From Chiloscyllium plagiosum (lineage: Eukaryota), in contig NC_057720.1 of the NCBI RefSeq assembly GCF_004010195.1, positions 1,930,184-1,992,701 on the forward strand: DNA of 62,518 nucleotides. Reading direction: 5' to 3'. A model generated the notes under the pieces. That model ran no database searches, was not told the origin of the DNA, and saw only the letters and a program-made list of their open reading frames with translations. Each line of letters begins with the position of its first letter. Position 1 is the first letter of the stretch. This document shows, in pieces, positions 37,893-49,744 of the stretch. Made by a program: the position numbers and the translations under genes.

Positions 37893-38544
37893 CCCTGCCC
37901 TTCATGAACCCATACTGCCTTGTTATTTCTTCCTTAATAACAAACCCAAGTACCTTCCCCACTACAGAGGTTAAACTAACCAGTCTATAACTCCCCATCT
38001 TTTGTCTGCCTCCCTTTTTAAACAGTGGCGTCACATTTGCTGTTTTCCAATCTGCTGAGACTGTCCCAGAGCCCAGCAAATTATGGAAAATTACCACCAG
38101 TGCGCTTGTTATTTCTCCTGCCATCTCTGGGATGCATTCCATTAGGGCCAGGAGACTTGTCTATCCTTAGCTCCATTAGCTTACCCAACACTAGCTCTTC
38201 CATTATAATCATTGTTTCCAGGCCCTTACCAACCTTTGTCTCTCTCGTCAATTCCTGGCATGTTATTAGTGTCCTCTGCTGTGAAAACTGACACAAAATA
38301 CCTGTTCAATGCCTCAACAATTTCATCATATCCCATTACTAAATGTCCCTTCTCATCCTCTTATTGTCCAACGTTTACTTGAGCCACTCTTTTTTTATAT
38401 TTATAGAAACATTTGCTAACTGCCTTTATATTCCATGTTAGTTTCTTCTCATGTTCTATCTTACTTTCCTTTGTAGCTTTTTGTGGTTTTCTGTTGGCCT
38501 TTAAAGTTTTCCCAAACTTCTAGTTTCAGGCTGTTTTTGATACT

Positions 38545-39100
38545 GAGTTTCTAGTTGCCTACCACTTTAACACACCAATCTGTTCCCTGGTCAACATCTC
38601 AGTCTCAGGCTTGCTTCAGGGCTCCAGTGAAGCTCAGTGCAAGCTGGAAGAACAGCACCTCATTTTCTGCTGGGGCACTCTAAAGCCTCTGGACTCAATA
38701 CCGAGTTCAACAATTTTAGAGCCTGAGGCAATTTCTCCCATGTCCTTACCCCGACCCCCACACACCAGGCCTTGTTATCATATGGACTGCTACCACAAAC
38801 AACTCATCGTTAGCCACTAATAGTCCCCATTAAGCAGCTATTTATTGTCCTAGGTTGGTCTTTTCCCACTCCTTTGCCCAGCTGTTTTTCTCTCTCTTGG
38901 GCTCTATCTCCAACCATTGTTTACTCTTGCCCCCTAACCCCCACCCTATCTTCTGCTACCATCAGTCCTGAGGAAGGGTAACTGGACCCAAAACATTAAC
39001 TCTGATTTCTCTCCGCAGATGCTGCCAGGTTGCTGAGATTTTCCAGCAATTTCTGTTTTTGTTTCAGAATTCCAACATCTGCAGTTCTTTCATTTTTTTG
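38545..39100 (+). mobile_element. Penelope-like element 3' end (GIY-YIG C-terminus and terminal repeat)
   Basis: KLEEQHLIFCWGTLKP; decayed hammerhead ctgaggaagggtaactggacccaaaacattaac near 38967-39000. Confidence 0.88.
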
Positions 39101-39567
39101 TTAAATTTGGTTTAACGCTCATGAAGATTTGCCAATGTCTCCCTGGAAAGAGAATTATGGCTGGGACTTAATGAACTGTGACCTCACACCAGCTTGTTCA
39201 CGCTGCTCCTGTAAGTTATTTCCTTGCAGCTTTTGTGTTGTTTAATCAACTGTAAGCTAGTTACACATTGCAATTCAACAACAGTCACAAATTCAGCTGA
39301 TAACAGTCTACATTATCACATCGGATTCACTGTTTTAAGAAGAACTTCAGTTTTTCCAGAAATACTAAGTCAGTTCAGTTGATTACTGCTCAGTTATAAT
39401 GCTCTAGTCTGATCACATACATCCCTTCAGTTAAACAAAGGCACACATTCAAACCAGTGACCTTTCTAATCATTAGGTTATCACCAGGCTTCAGATGTTT
39501 TTGTTCCCTTATTTAATTTAATTTTATTGAACCCAGCACATTTAAGTTAATTTCTACATATGACACA

Positions 39568-39789
39568 GTCAGAAGTCACACGACACCAGGTTACAGTCCA
39601 ACAGGTTTATTTGAAATCACAAGCTTTCGGAGCGCTGCTCCTTTGTCAGATGAAGTGCTAATGACTGATGAAGGGGCAGCGCTCTAAAAGCTTGTGATTT
39701 CAAATAAACCTGTTGGACTGTAACGTGTTGTCGTGTGACCTCTGAACTTGTCCATCTCAGTCCAACACCGGCACCTCTATATCATGGAC
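39568..39789. mobile_element. Penelope-derived hairpin element (subfamily C)
   Basis: Inverted arms of about 80 bp, each with a mutated hammerhead core; 12-bp imperfect TSD at 39556-39567 and 39790-39801. Confidence 0.87.
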
Positions 39790-40215
39790 ACACATGACAC
39801 AACAGTAACATAAAGTCTGGCCTGAGCTTATCAGAAGTCCCAAGGAAGCCCCGTTAGAATCTGATGTAACAGCAGTTCCTTGTTTTTGAAAAGTCCATTT
39901 TGAAACATTAAAATTTCAGCAGTTTAATAAAATATCCCTGAGACCACGACTATTCACTAAATAGCGAGAGGGCTGTCACGGCATCATGCTGATTAGTGCA
40001 CTGTGGTCTGTACAATCACAGCGCACTGGCCTCGCAAGACTGTCCCACAAAAGCAGGCTTTGATTCAATTCTTCCATACTCGCCTGGTCTTTCTGCCAAA
40101 GTTAAATAGGGGTCCATTCAGTCATCGGACCCTCACAATGCATTAAATATATGTAAATTAACTTTGTACAACTTGGTTTGTTTGTTGGATAGAGTCAAAC
40201 TCCAATGTTTATTTG

Positions 40216-40428
40216 AAACAAAAACAGAAATTGCTGAAAAATCTCAGCAGGTCTGGCAGCATCTGTGGAGAGAAATCAGAGTTAACATTTCGAGTCGAGT
40301 GACCCTTCCTCAGCCTCAACCTGAAACGTTAACTCTGATTTCTCTCCACAGATGCTGCCAGACCTGCTGAGCTTTTTCAGCAATTTCTGTTCTTGTTTTT
40401 GGTTTACAGCATCTGCAGTTCTTTCGAT
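40216..40428. mobile_element. Penelope-derived hairpin element (subfamily B)
   Basis: Inverted arms; 15-bp imperfect TSD at 40201-40215 and 40429-40443. Confidence 0.87.
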
Positions 40429-40769
40429 TCCAATGTTTGTTTGTTCCTTCAGTGCTGCTGTACAGAACCGAACTCCTTCAGTGATTATGTTTGTATATAA
40501 AAGATTTTTTAGGAATAAAGTATATTTTTGAAATAAAAAAAAATCGCCACTGTCACATGATTTAAGTTTTAAATAACAATAACCAGATAAGGATTTTCGC
40601 AGTCTGTCTCAGAAAAATGCAGTTGTCACAAATTGCTCGATTACTGAACGGTGAAGGCGTGACTGAAATGGAGAGTTCAAAGATGTAATCAGATATCAGC
40701 TCACTGACAGCAACTGTGGTCAGACTGTGGCAGCTTCTTCGACTTACTCCCTCCTGACAGCTTGGCACT

Positions 40770-41055
40770 TTGCTGTGGTTTAGCAGCTATGTCTCACTGG
40801 ATAGTGTTCTCAGCTCAAATCAGAAGATAAACATTCAGGGCACATGCACATAATTGGAGCTGACATCTGAATGCAGTACTGAGGGGCGGCAGCACTGCCA
40901 CAGGCATCATCATTCAGGCCAGACATTCAACCAAATTTCCATTGCTCTGCAAAGTGGGATCTCGATTGGCACCAGGAAGTCCACAACGTCTCCTGGCCAA
41001 GAGTAATTCATCAGTAAACGAACTGTAATCATTTCCATTTTCTGGACTCAAAACA
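40770..41055 (+). mobile_element. Deu-domain type SINE remnant with a single copy of the 33-bp unit
   Basis: gcacataattggagctgacatctgaatgcagtactgaggggcggcagcactgcc...cagacattcaacc resembles the recalled AmnSINE1/SacSINE1 core. Confidence 0.6.
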
Positions 41056-41249
41056 TTAAGAGGCCCAGCAATCACTTCCCGAGCTTCCCACAGAGTTCTA
41101 GGGTACACCTGATCAGGTCCTGGGGATTTATCCAATCTCTTTGTTTCCCATTTTAACTGCCTTGTTTCAGATTGTAGGACATATCTGATTGTAAAACATT
41201 TGTTTTCAGTATATTTTTCTCTTCCCATACCTAGAGAAACGTTTACAAT

Positions 41250-41720
41250 CAGTTTGCAAGTTTTCCACAGACTTACTCTTGGAATCGATTATTCCCTCAG
41301 TCTTAAACAATCCTTTTGTTCTCCTTTGCTGAAATCTAAATTGCTTCCAGTCCTCAGGCTTCCTGCTCTTTTTAGCTAATTTGTATGTCTCTTCCTTGGA
41401 TCTATTACAATGACTAATTTCCCGTGTGGGCCATCACTAGACCACCATTTGCCATTTATTTTTGTGCCAGTCAGGAATGAACAGTTATTACAGTTCCTCT
41501 ATGCTGTGCTGAAATGTTTACCAATACCAATCCACTCTCATCGTTTTAATAACCCTCCCAAAATATTACAGCCAGCTCACACTTTATACCTTCATTGTTT
41601 CCTTTATTCAGATTCAGGACTGTGGTCACAGTACCTACAGCTTCACTCGGTATCAAAACCAACAATTCTAAGAGCACTTTATGGTTAATCTTCCCCAGCA
41701 CTTTCTCTTGACAGGTATTT
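41250..41720 (-). mobile_element. decayed CR1 EN/tether fragment
   Basis: Degenerate CR1-like sequence. Confidence 0.55.
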
Positions 41721-41779
41721 AATTCAGAGGCCAAACCCCAAATATTTCAGCACAAAATCTAAGATGATATTCCAGTGAC

Positions 41780-42036
41780 TGTACTGAGGGAATGCCACTG
41801 TCAGAAGGCCAGTACTGAGGGAGTGCCACATTATCAGAGGGTCAGAACTGAGGGAGTGCTGCACTGTCAGAGGGTCAGTATTGAGGGAGTGCCACACTGT
41901 CAGAGGGTCAGTATTGAGGGAGTGCCACACTGCTGGAGGGTCAGTACTGAGGGAGTGCTGCACTGTCAGAGGATCAGAACTGAAGGAGTGCTGCACTGTT
42001 GGAGGGTCAGTGCTGAGGGAGTGCCGCACTGTCAGA
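41780..42036 (+). repeat. 33-bp minisatellite, about 8 units, inside a Deu-type SINE (about 41725-42250)
   Basis: SINE sequence on both sides: cagcacaaaatctaagatgatattccagtg-[array]-tgccatcttacagatcagacatcaaaccg. Confidence 0.95.
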
Positions 42037-42711
42037 AATGCCATCTTACAGATCAGACATCAAACCGTTTCCCCATCTACTTGGGCAGCCAGTTACAAAG
42101 AATCCGGCAAACACAATTTCAAAGGAGTTTTGAAGTGATTTCTCACTGTAGTGGGGCCCATAGAGATCCCTCAACTTGCCACTCAAAAACGGATGCTCTC
42201 TATCACATTGCTGTGTAGTAATTGGCCACCATGTTTCCTACCATGAAGCGCAGCAGGAAAAGGATTTCTGATTGGCAGTGACATGGTGAGGATGTGAAAC
42301 ATTTATCAAAATGCAAATGCTTTCATCACCTGCAATGGCCTGAAGGAAACTTGGCAGGAATTGGTAACGCTGCAGGTTGGTGCATGGATTGCAGATCCCT
42401 CACTCCAGCTCCTGGCCCTGCTCTGACACTGTGTGCTCTGCAAAATGTCAACCTGCTCGAACCATCTGCTTCGCTGGGAGCATAGCGACAGGAACAGTGC
42501 TGCCTGCCCAAACAGCTCCCCCTCAGCATGGCACAGAGAATGCTGGACAGTCAGCTCCCTATAAATAGTCCGACTCAGTCAGCACAACGAATGAGCCCTA
42601 ATTTCACATACTCTGCTCAACTGCAGGGACGCACAGTGAGGAATGTTTCTGGACATATTGGAGTCTTTCTTTTTTGTTAACTGTCAGTTCTGGTGTTAAG
42701 GCATGACGTTT

Positions 42712-42952
42712 TGCCACAGTGTCTGTATGGGTTTCCTCAGGGTGCTCCGGTTTCCACCCACAATCCCAGTTTAGATGGATTGGCCAAGGGAAATTGCCCA
42801 CAGTGTCTAGCGAGATGCAGGCTAGAGGGATTAGCCATGGGAAAAGCAGGGTTACAGTGATAGCGTGGGTCTGGGTGGGATACACTTCGGAGGGTCGGTG
42901 TGGACTTGATGGGCTAAATGGCCTGCTTCCACACTGGAGGGATTCTATGATA
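42712..42952 (+). mobile_element. 5'-truncated HE1-type SINE
   Basis: V-domain gggtttcctcagggtgctccggtttcc and tail. Confidence 0.85.
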
Positions 42953-43149
42953 AGACAGCATTTATTTTCAAATGGCTGAACTGAATGAACTGTGTTTGAT
43001 CAGAGGTGTTGCGTTTGCTAATCTCAACAGAAAGTTGACACTGACAGAACAGCACAGAAACAGACCACCCAGTCCTCTGCTCTGAGCTGGGGTTTTCTGC
43101 TGTACGTTAGCTTCTCCCACCCCTCCTCTTCCCCAATCCTGGAGGGATG

Positions 43150-43435
43150 TCATGGGAAGGTTTAGGACCAGAGGCATTCTCTCAGAATAAAGGATTGCAC
43201 AGTTAAACAAAGCTGAGGAGGAATTTCTTCTCTCAGAGGGGAGTGAGTCTGTGGACAGAGGGCTGTTGGGCTGGTTCATTAAGTACATTCAAAGCTGAGA
43301 GAGAGAGATTTTAAATCAGGAAGAGACTCAGGGTTATGGGGAAAAGGCGGGAAAATGGACTTGAGGCCTACCAGATCAGCCATGATCTCATTGAAGGGCA
43401 GAGCAGGCTTGATGGGCTGAATGGTCTTTCTCCCT
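43150..43435 (+). mobile_element. CR1 3' fragment
   Basis: C-terminal and 3' UTR motifs. Confidence 0.8.
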
Positions 43436-43524
43436 CTGGTCAGCTCCGTGTTGTTCTTACCCGGCTTCAGCTAGTCCACCCAGGCTCCCCTGTAATTGCC
43501 TCCTTACGGGGCAGCAACCTGACA

Positions 43525-44265
43525 AGACCATCAGAAATAGGAACAGGAGTAGGCCATTCGGCCCCTTGAACCTGCTCTGTCATTCAATGGGATCATGGCT
43601 GATCCAACATTCTTCACGTTTACTTTCCTGCCCTTTCCCCACAACTGATCAAGAATCCCTCTCTCTCAGCCTTCAATATCCACAAGGACTCTGCTCCCAC
43701 AGCTCCCTGTGGCAAGGAGTCCCAAAGACTCAAAACCCTCTGAGAGAAGAACTTTCTCCTCATCTCTGTCCTAAACTGCGCCCCTTAATTCTGAGACTAT
43801 GCTCTTGGGCCCTAGACTCTCCTGTGAGGGGAAACATCCTCTCAGCATTGACCCTGTCAAGCCCCTTTAAGAATCCAATATGTTCCAATGAGGTCACCTC
43901 ACGTTCTTCTAAACTCCAGGGAGTAGAATCCCAACCTGTTCAGCCTTTGCTCATAACACAACTCCTCCATCCTGGGGATCATTCTAGTGAACCTTCTCTG
44001 AACTGCCTCCAATAAAATAATATCTTTCCTCAAAATAAAGGGATCAAAACTGCTCACAGTACTCCACATGTGGTCTCTCCAGGCCATGGTACAGTTGTAG
44101 TAAGACATCCCCTTATACATCCTAAGGCATCCTCTTATACGCCAATCCCCTTGAAATAAGGGCCAACATTCCATGACCCTTCCTGATTACCTGCTGTCCC
44201 TGTGTGCTAGCTCTCTGTGTTTCGTGCACAAGTTCCCCAAGTCCCTTGTGTTGCAGCTTTGATGA
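43525..44265 (-). mobile_element. CR1 3' end
   Basis: LEAVQRRFTRMIPRMEELCYEQRLNRLGFYSLEFRR. Confidence 0.92.
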
Positions 44266-44419
44266 ACACTCAACACAGCTCTCAGCAACCCCATCCCTAC
44301 GCATCTCAATCCCAACATCTCATTCCAGCTAAGGCTCTATCACATGATCATGATGGTGACAAAACAAATATTATTGAGAGCGTCTCAAGACTTCACAATT
44401 ACATGGCATCTTTAATACA

Positions 44420-45519
44420 TAGGGTGTAGGTTTGCTCGCTGAGCTGTAGGTTTGATATCCAGATGTTTCATTACCTGGCTAGGTAACATCATCAGTGGCG
44501 ACCTCCAAGTGAAGCAAAGCTGTTGTCTCCTGCTTTCTATTTATATGTTTGTCCTGGATGGGGTTCTTGGGGTTTGTGGTGATGTCATTTCATGTTCGTT
44601 TTCTGAGGGGTTGATAGATGGCATCGAGATCTATGTGCTTGTTCATGGCGTTGTGGTTGGAGTGCCAGGCCTCTAGGAATTCTCTGGCATGACTTTGCTT
44701 AGCCTGTCCCAGGATAGATGTATTTTCCCAGTCGAAATGGTGGCTTTTTTCATCCNNNNNNNNNNNNNNNNNNNNNNNNNNNNNNNNNNNNNNNNNNNNN
44801 NNNNNNNNNNNNNNNNNNNNNNNNNNNNNNNNNNNNNNNNNNNNNNNNNNNNNNNNNNNNNNNNNNNNNNNNNNNNNNNNNNNNNNNNNNNNNNNNNNNN
44901 NNNNNNNNNNNNNNNNNNNNNNNNNNNNNNNNNNNNNNNNNNNNNNNNNNNNNNNNNNNNNNNNNNNNNNNNNNNNNNNNNNNNNNNNNNNNNNNNNNNN
45001 NNNNNNNNNNNNNNNNNNNNNNNNNNNNNNNNNNNNNNNNNNNNNNNNNNNNNNNNNNNNNNNNNNNNNNNNNNNNNNNNNNNNNNNNNNNNNNNNNNNN
45101 NNNNNNNNNNNNNNNNNNNNNNNNNNNNNNNNNNNNNNNNNNNNNNNNNNNNCACCATTTCGACTGGGACAGCACATCTATCCTGGGACAGGCTAAACAA
45201 AGACATGCCAGAGAATTCCTAGAGGCCTGGCACTCCAACCACAATGCCATTAATAAACACATAAATCTAGATACCATCTATCAACCCCTCAGAAAACGAA
45301 CAGGAAATGACATCACCACAAACCCCAGGAACCCCATCCAGGAGAAAGATATAAATAGGAAGCAGGAGACAAAAGCTTCTCTTCACTTGGAGGTCGCCAC
45401 TGATGATGTTACCTAGCCAGGTAATGAAATGTCTGGATATCAAACCTACAGCTCAGCGAGCAAACCTACACCCTAAAGCTCAACCTGAGCTACAAACCTT
45501 CACAAACCTTACAAAAATG
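44420..45519. mobile_element. Penelope-like element as a large inverted repeat around an assembly gap
   Basis: Both arms encode HFDW.NTSILGQAKQ.HAREFLEAWHS; gap 44756-45152; flanking tttaataca at 44411-44419 and 45520-45528. Confidence 0.92.
45397..45436 (+). ncRNA. minimal hammerhead ribozyme motif (mirror copy at 44459-44498, minus)
   Basis: CCA-CTGATGA-T-GTTACC-TAGCCA-GGTAAT-GAAA-T-GTC-TGG. Confidence 0.65.
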
Positions 45520-45619
45520 TTTAATACAGTAAAAACATAGTCCACAGGTACTTCACAGGAGTAATTATTAACAAAATAGGACACAAGGGCAAGGCGAGAT
45601 ATTCAAATCAGTGACAAAT

Positions 45620-45765
45620 TATTCCATAAAAATCAAAAGAACTGCAGATGCTGTAAATCAGAGACGCAAACAGTAATTGCTGGAAAAGCTCAACAGGTCT
45701 GGCAGCATTTGTGGAGAGAAATCAGTGTTAACATTAAAGGTCGAGTGACCCTTCCTCAGAACCAT
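45620..45765 (-). mobile_element. Penelope terminal-repeat fragment (subfamily B)
   Basis: gaactgcagatgctg...gagtgacccttcctcagaac. Confidence 0.8.
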
Positions 45766-45774
45766 TCAGAGCTG

Positions 45775-45970
45775 GGTTTTTTGTATGCACACATGGGATG
45801 TGGGTGGCGCTGCTGGGCCGGTACTATTGCCCTGTCCCTAGTTGCCTCTTGAGAAGGTGGGGGTGAGCTGCCTTCTTGAACCGCTGGAGTCCATGTGCTG
45901 GAGAGAGACCCTTAATGCCCTGTGGGAGGGAATTCCAGGATTTTGACCCAGTGACAGTGGCTGATGTGAC
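45775..45970 (-). mobile_element. family-D LINE tail
   Basis: Homologous to 20395-20560. Confidence 0.75.
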
Positions 45971-46544
45971 AATGACACTGCCAGTTCTGACAGAAATCGT
46001 CACCTTCCTGTTTGGAGATGCAGGATGGGCATAGAGTGAGATGACCACCACCACTCCCCTCCCCCAGTCAAACAGCTTGGTACAGCCACACAGTGAAGGA
46101 TGGTCATGGCAAAACACCAGGTATTTCTGTGGCATGACAGGACTACACGCAGGGACAGAGGAGGAGGAGGGAAGGGGATCATACTGACATCACAAAAATA
46201 TAATTCAGGAAAAAAAAACAAATATTCTCCTGCTGCTTCACCAACATCCTAAAGTAACCATGGAAGTTGCCATGGTGATGGGGAAATTTTGCACTCTGCA
46301 CAGATACAGTTAGCTCTTTCAAAACTATAAATAATTAAATCATTCACACTCAAACCCTGCCTGGCAGTGAAAGTGTTGCAGATGAACAGAAGAAATGTAA
46401 ACAAGACAAGAAAATAAATCGAAGGGAATTGTGTGACAGTTCAGAGTTCAGCACAGCTCTCTTCCCAGAAAGCCCCGTACCAACGGAAGGCTAGACCATC
46501 TTCCAACATCATATCTCCCTCTCCCTAAACCATTAAAAAAACAT

Positions 46545-47760
46545 ACAAATACAAAACAGGAGTAGGCCATTCGGCCCTTTGAGCCTGCTCCATCATTCAA
46601 TATGCTCATGGCTTATCATCCAAGTCAGTCCCCTGTTCCTGATTTCCCTCCTGATCCTTTGAGCCATACAGTCATAGAGATGTACAGCATGGAAACAGAC
46701 CCTTCAATCTAACCCGTCCATGCCAACCAGATAGCCCAACCCATGTAGTCCCACCTGCCAGCACCCGGCCCATATCCCTTCCTATTCATATACCCATCCA
46801 AATGCCTTTTAAAAGAACTATATCCAAACCCTTCTGAGAGATGGCACAGTGGCTTAGTGGTTAGCACTGCTGCCTAACAATACCATGAACCCTGGTTCGA
46901 TTCCATCCTTGGGTGACTGCCTATACAGATTCTCCCATGTCTGCCCGGGTTTTCTCCAGGTGCTCCAGTTTCCTCCCAAAGTTCAAAATGTGCAGGTTAG
47001 GGTGGATTGGCTATGCTAAATTGCCCTTGGTGTCCAGGGATGTGCAGGTTGGCTGGGGCAGCCATAGGGAATGCTGGGTTACTGGGGTAGGGTGGGCCAA
47101 ATGGCCTCCTCCCACACTTTAGAGATTCTATGAAAATATTCAACATTCTGGCTTCAACTGTAACAAACACTACATTGGACAAACAGGCAGAAAACTAACC
47201 ACCAGGATACATGAACAGCAACTAGCCACAAAATGATATGACCCTCTGACACTAGTATCCTTACATACGGATGAGGAAGGACACCACTTCGACTGGGACA
47301 ATACTCCATCCTAGGACAAGCCAAACAAAAACAAGCACGAGAATTCCTAGAAGCACGGCATTCCAATCAGAACTCTATCAGCAAACACATTGAGTGAGGC
47401 TCCATCTACCACCCCCTGAGAAAAGGAACAGGAAGCTACTTCACCACAGGAAATGACATCACCAACCCAAAGAAACCCAAACATATAAATAGAAAGCAGG
47501 AATGTTCAGCATTGCTTCGCCAGAGGCTCACTGAAGACGTTACCTAGTAGGGTAACAAAATGTCTGGAAATGAACCTTGTAGCTCTGTGAGCAAACCTAC
47601 TAACAAAACCTCAGCCTGAGCTACAAATCTTCTCAAAACTCGCTAGGGCTTCAACTGTTTTCTGTGGCAGAGAATTCCATAAGTTCTCAGCTCAGTGGGG
47701 GAAGAAATTTCTCCTCATCTCAGTCTTAAATAGTCTTGCACTGTAACCCCTGGTTATCAG
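46545..47760 (-). mobile_element. CR1 3' remnant hosting a CR1 tail (46667-46812), an HE1 SINE (46841-47132, plus) and a Penelope fragment
   Basis: Tail motifs, SINE A and B boxes, and resumption of host sequence at 47647. Confidence 0.8.
47162..47646 (+). mobile_element. 5'-truncated Penelope-like element (GIY-YIG and terminal repeat)
   Basis: HYIGQTGRKLTTRIHE...HHFDWDN; perfect 12-bp TSD ggcttcaactgt at 47150-47161 and 47647-47658. Confidence 0.93.
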
Positions 47761-48104
47761 CAATTCAGCTACAAATTAAATACTCCCATCCTTCTGAGGG
47801 ACAGAAACATGACTCAGAGAGGTATGGTCACAGATGGGAACTATCAACTCTGTTTCTCATTCTCGCTCTCCACACATACTACCAGATCTGCTGAGAACAT
47901 GCCCAGCATTTCTTTGCTCTTGCAGATTTTAGATTTTGTTTCAGGCATCCTGCATGTGCAGTATTTTGCTCTTGGTATCTCAGAGTAGTGTGAAACCCAG
48001 ACACAGCTCTCATCTCCAAATTACAAAGAAGATATAGAGATAGGTGCTACAATGAATGCAAGCAAGTAAACATTTCCTGAAGTTATGCAGAATTCAGAAA
48101 TAAA

Positions 48105-48740
48105 ACCTTTTGTTCAATTCGTTTATGGGATATGGGTATCACTGACTGACCAGCAATTATTACCTGTCCCTAGTTGCCCCTTGAGAAAGTGGGAGTGAGC
48201 TGCCTTCTTGAACCACTGTAGGTAGACTCAAAATGCCCTTAGGGAGGGAACTCCAGGACTTTGACCCAACGACAGTGAAGGCACAGAGATATATTTCCAA
48301 GTCAGGATGGTGACTGGCTTGGAGGGGAACTTGCAGGGGGTGGTGTTCCCATGTATCTGCTGCCTTCGTCCTTCTAGATGGAAGTGGTTTTAGGGTTGGA
48401 AGGTGTTGTTTATGGATCTTTGATGAATTTCTGCAGTCTATCTTGTAGATAGTACACACTGCTGCTTCTGAGCATTGTTGGTGGAGGGAGTGGCTGCTTC
48501 TGGATGTGGTGTCAATCAAGTAGGGGCTGTTTTGTCCTGGATGGTGTTGAGCTTTTTGAGTGTTGTTGGAGCTGCACCTATCCAGGCAAGTGGGGAGTAT
48601 TCCATCACACTCCTGACTTGTGCCTTGTAGATGGTGGACAGGCTTTGGGGAGTCAGGAGGGGAGTTACTTGCTGCAGTATCCCTAGCTTCTGACCTGCTC
48701 TTGTAGCCACAGTGTTTATGTGGTGAGTCCGGTTTCTAGG
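48105..48740 (-). mobile_element. family-D LINE 3' end
   Basis: HHINTVATRAGQKLGIL...LSTIYKAQVRSVMEYSPLAW. Confidence 0.88.
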
Positions 48741-49358
48741 CAATAATAAAACCTTATAGTGGGGGATTCCTGTGAGGAAATATTGACAAGATTGGGAGTC
48801 TGTCCTCGAGGGGTGACCGTGGTCCTTATAAGTTTATCGGGGTGTGATAGGATCAACAGAGAGACGTTGCTTACAACTGCAGGCAAGATCAGAATACAGG
48901 GAAATACCTATCAAGTCTCAGAACGGCTACAACGTGAAAGGAGACTTTTTGGCCCATCATGCCTGCATCGGTTCTATTCCCTAGTTGGAGTTTGATTTAT
49001 TGTTGGCACATGTACGGGGATACAGTGAAAAGTGTTGTTTTGCATGCTCTACATGCACAGCGTACCATACAAAGTGCATCAGGGTAGCAGAACAGAGAGT
49101 TACAGCTGCAGAGAAGGGGCAGAGAGAGAGATCAAAATTAACATTTTGAGAGGACTGTTCAAAAGTCTGATAACAACAGGGAAGAAGCTTATCTTGAATC
49201 TATTCAAATGTGTTTTCAAAATTTTATTTCCACTGCTGGTTTTTCCCCATCTGCTTGTTCAGGATTTCTATCCAAATAATCATCCAAAGTCCCTTCGAAT
49301 AACAGCAAAAGGGAATTCAGGAGAGATGCATTTAGCTAGAGACTGATTTTTTTTTTAC

Positions 49359-49645
49359 AGATTACTTACAGTGTGGAAACAGGCCCTTCAGCCCAACAAG
49401 TCCACGCCAACCCGCCACCCATCCAGACCCATACCCCTAACCTAATACTATGGGCAATTTAGCATGGCCAATTCACCTAACCTGCACATCTTTGGATTGT
49501 GGGAGAAAACCGGAGCACCCGGAGAAAACTCACGCAGACACGGGGAGAACGTGCAAACTCCACAAAGTCAATCGCCTGAGGCGGGAATTGAACTCAGGTC
49601 TCTGGCGCTGTGAGGCAGCAGTGCTAACCACTGTGCCATCGTGCT
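49359..49645 (-). mobile_element. HE1-type V-SINE
   Basis: Reverse complement of the 33536 element. Confidence 0.93.
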
Positions 49646-49744
49646 GTGATGACAGTGAAATAAGTGGTTTAGGTGAATCATACAACGTGTTTAAGGGAAA
49701 AGCAGATATGCATTTCAGGATGAAAGCAACAGAAGGAAACGTTA

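Larger units (their letters stand above)
36006..38525 (-). mobile_element. CR1 LINE (tether, RT and tail) with three nested insertions
   Basis: Minus ORFs 36097-36369, 36681-37049, 37390-37650 and 37849-38142. Confidence 0.95.
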
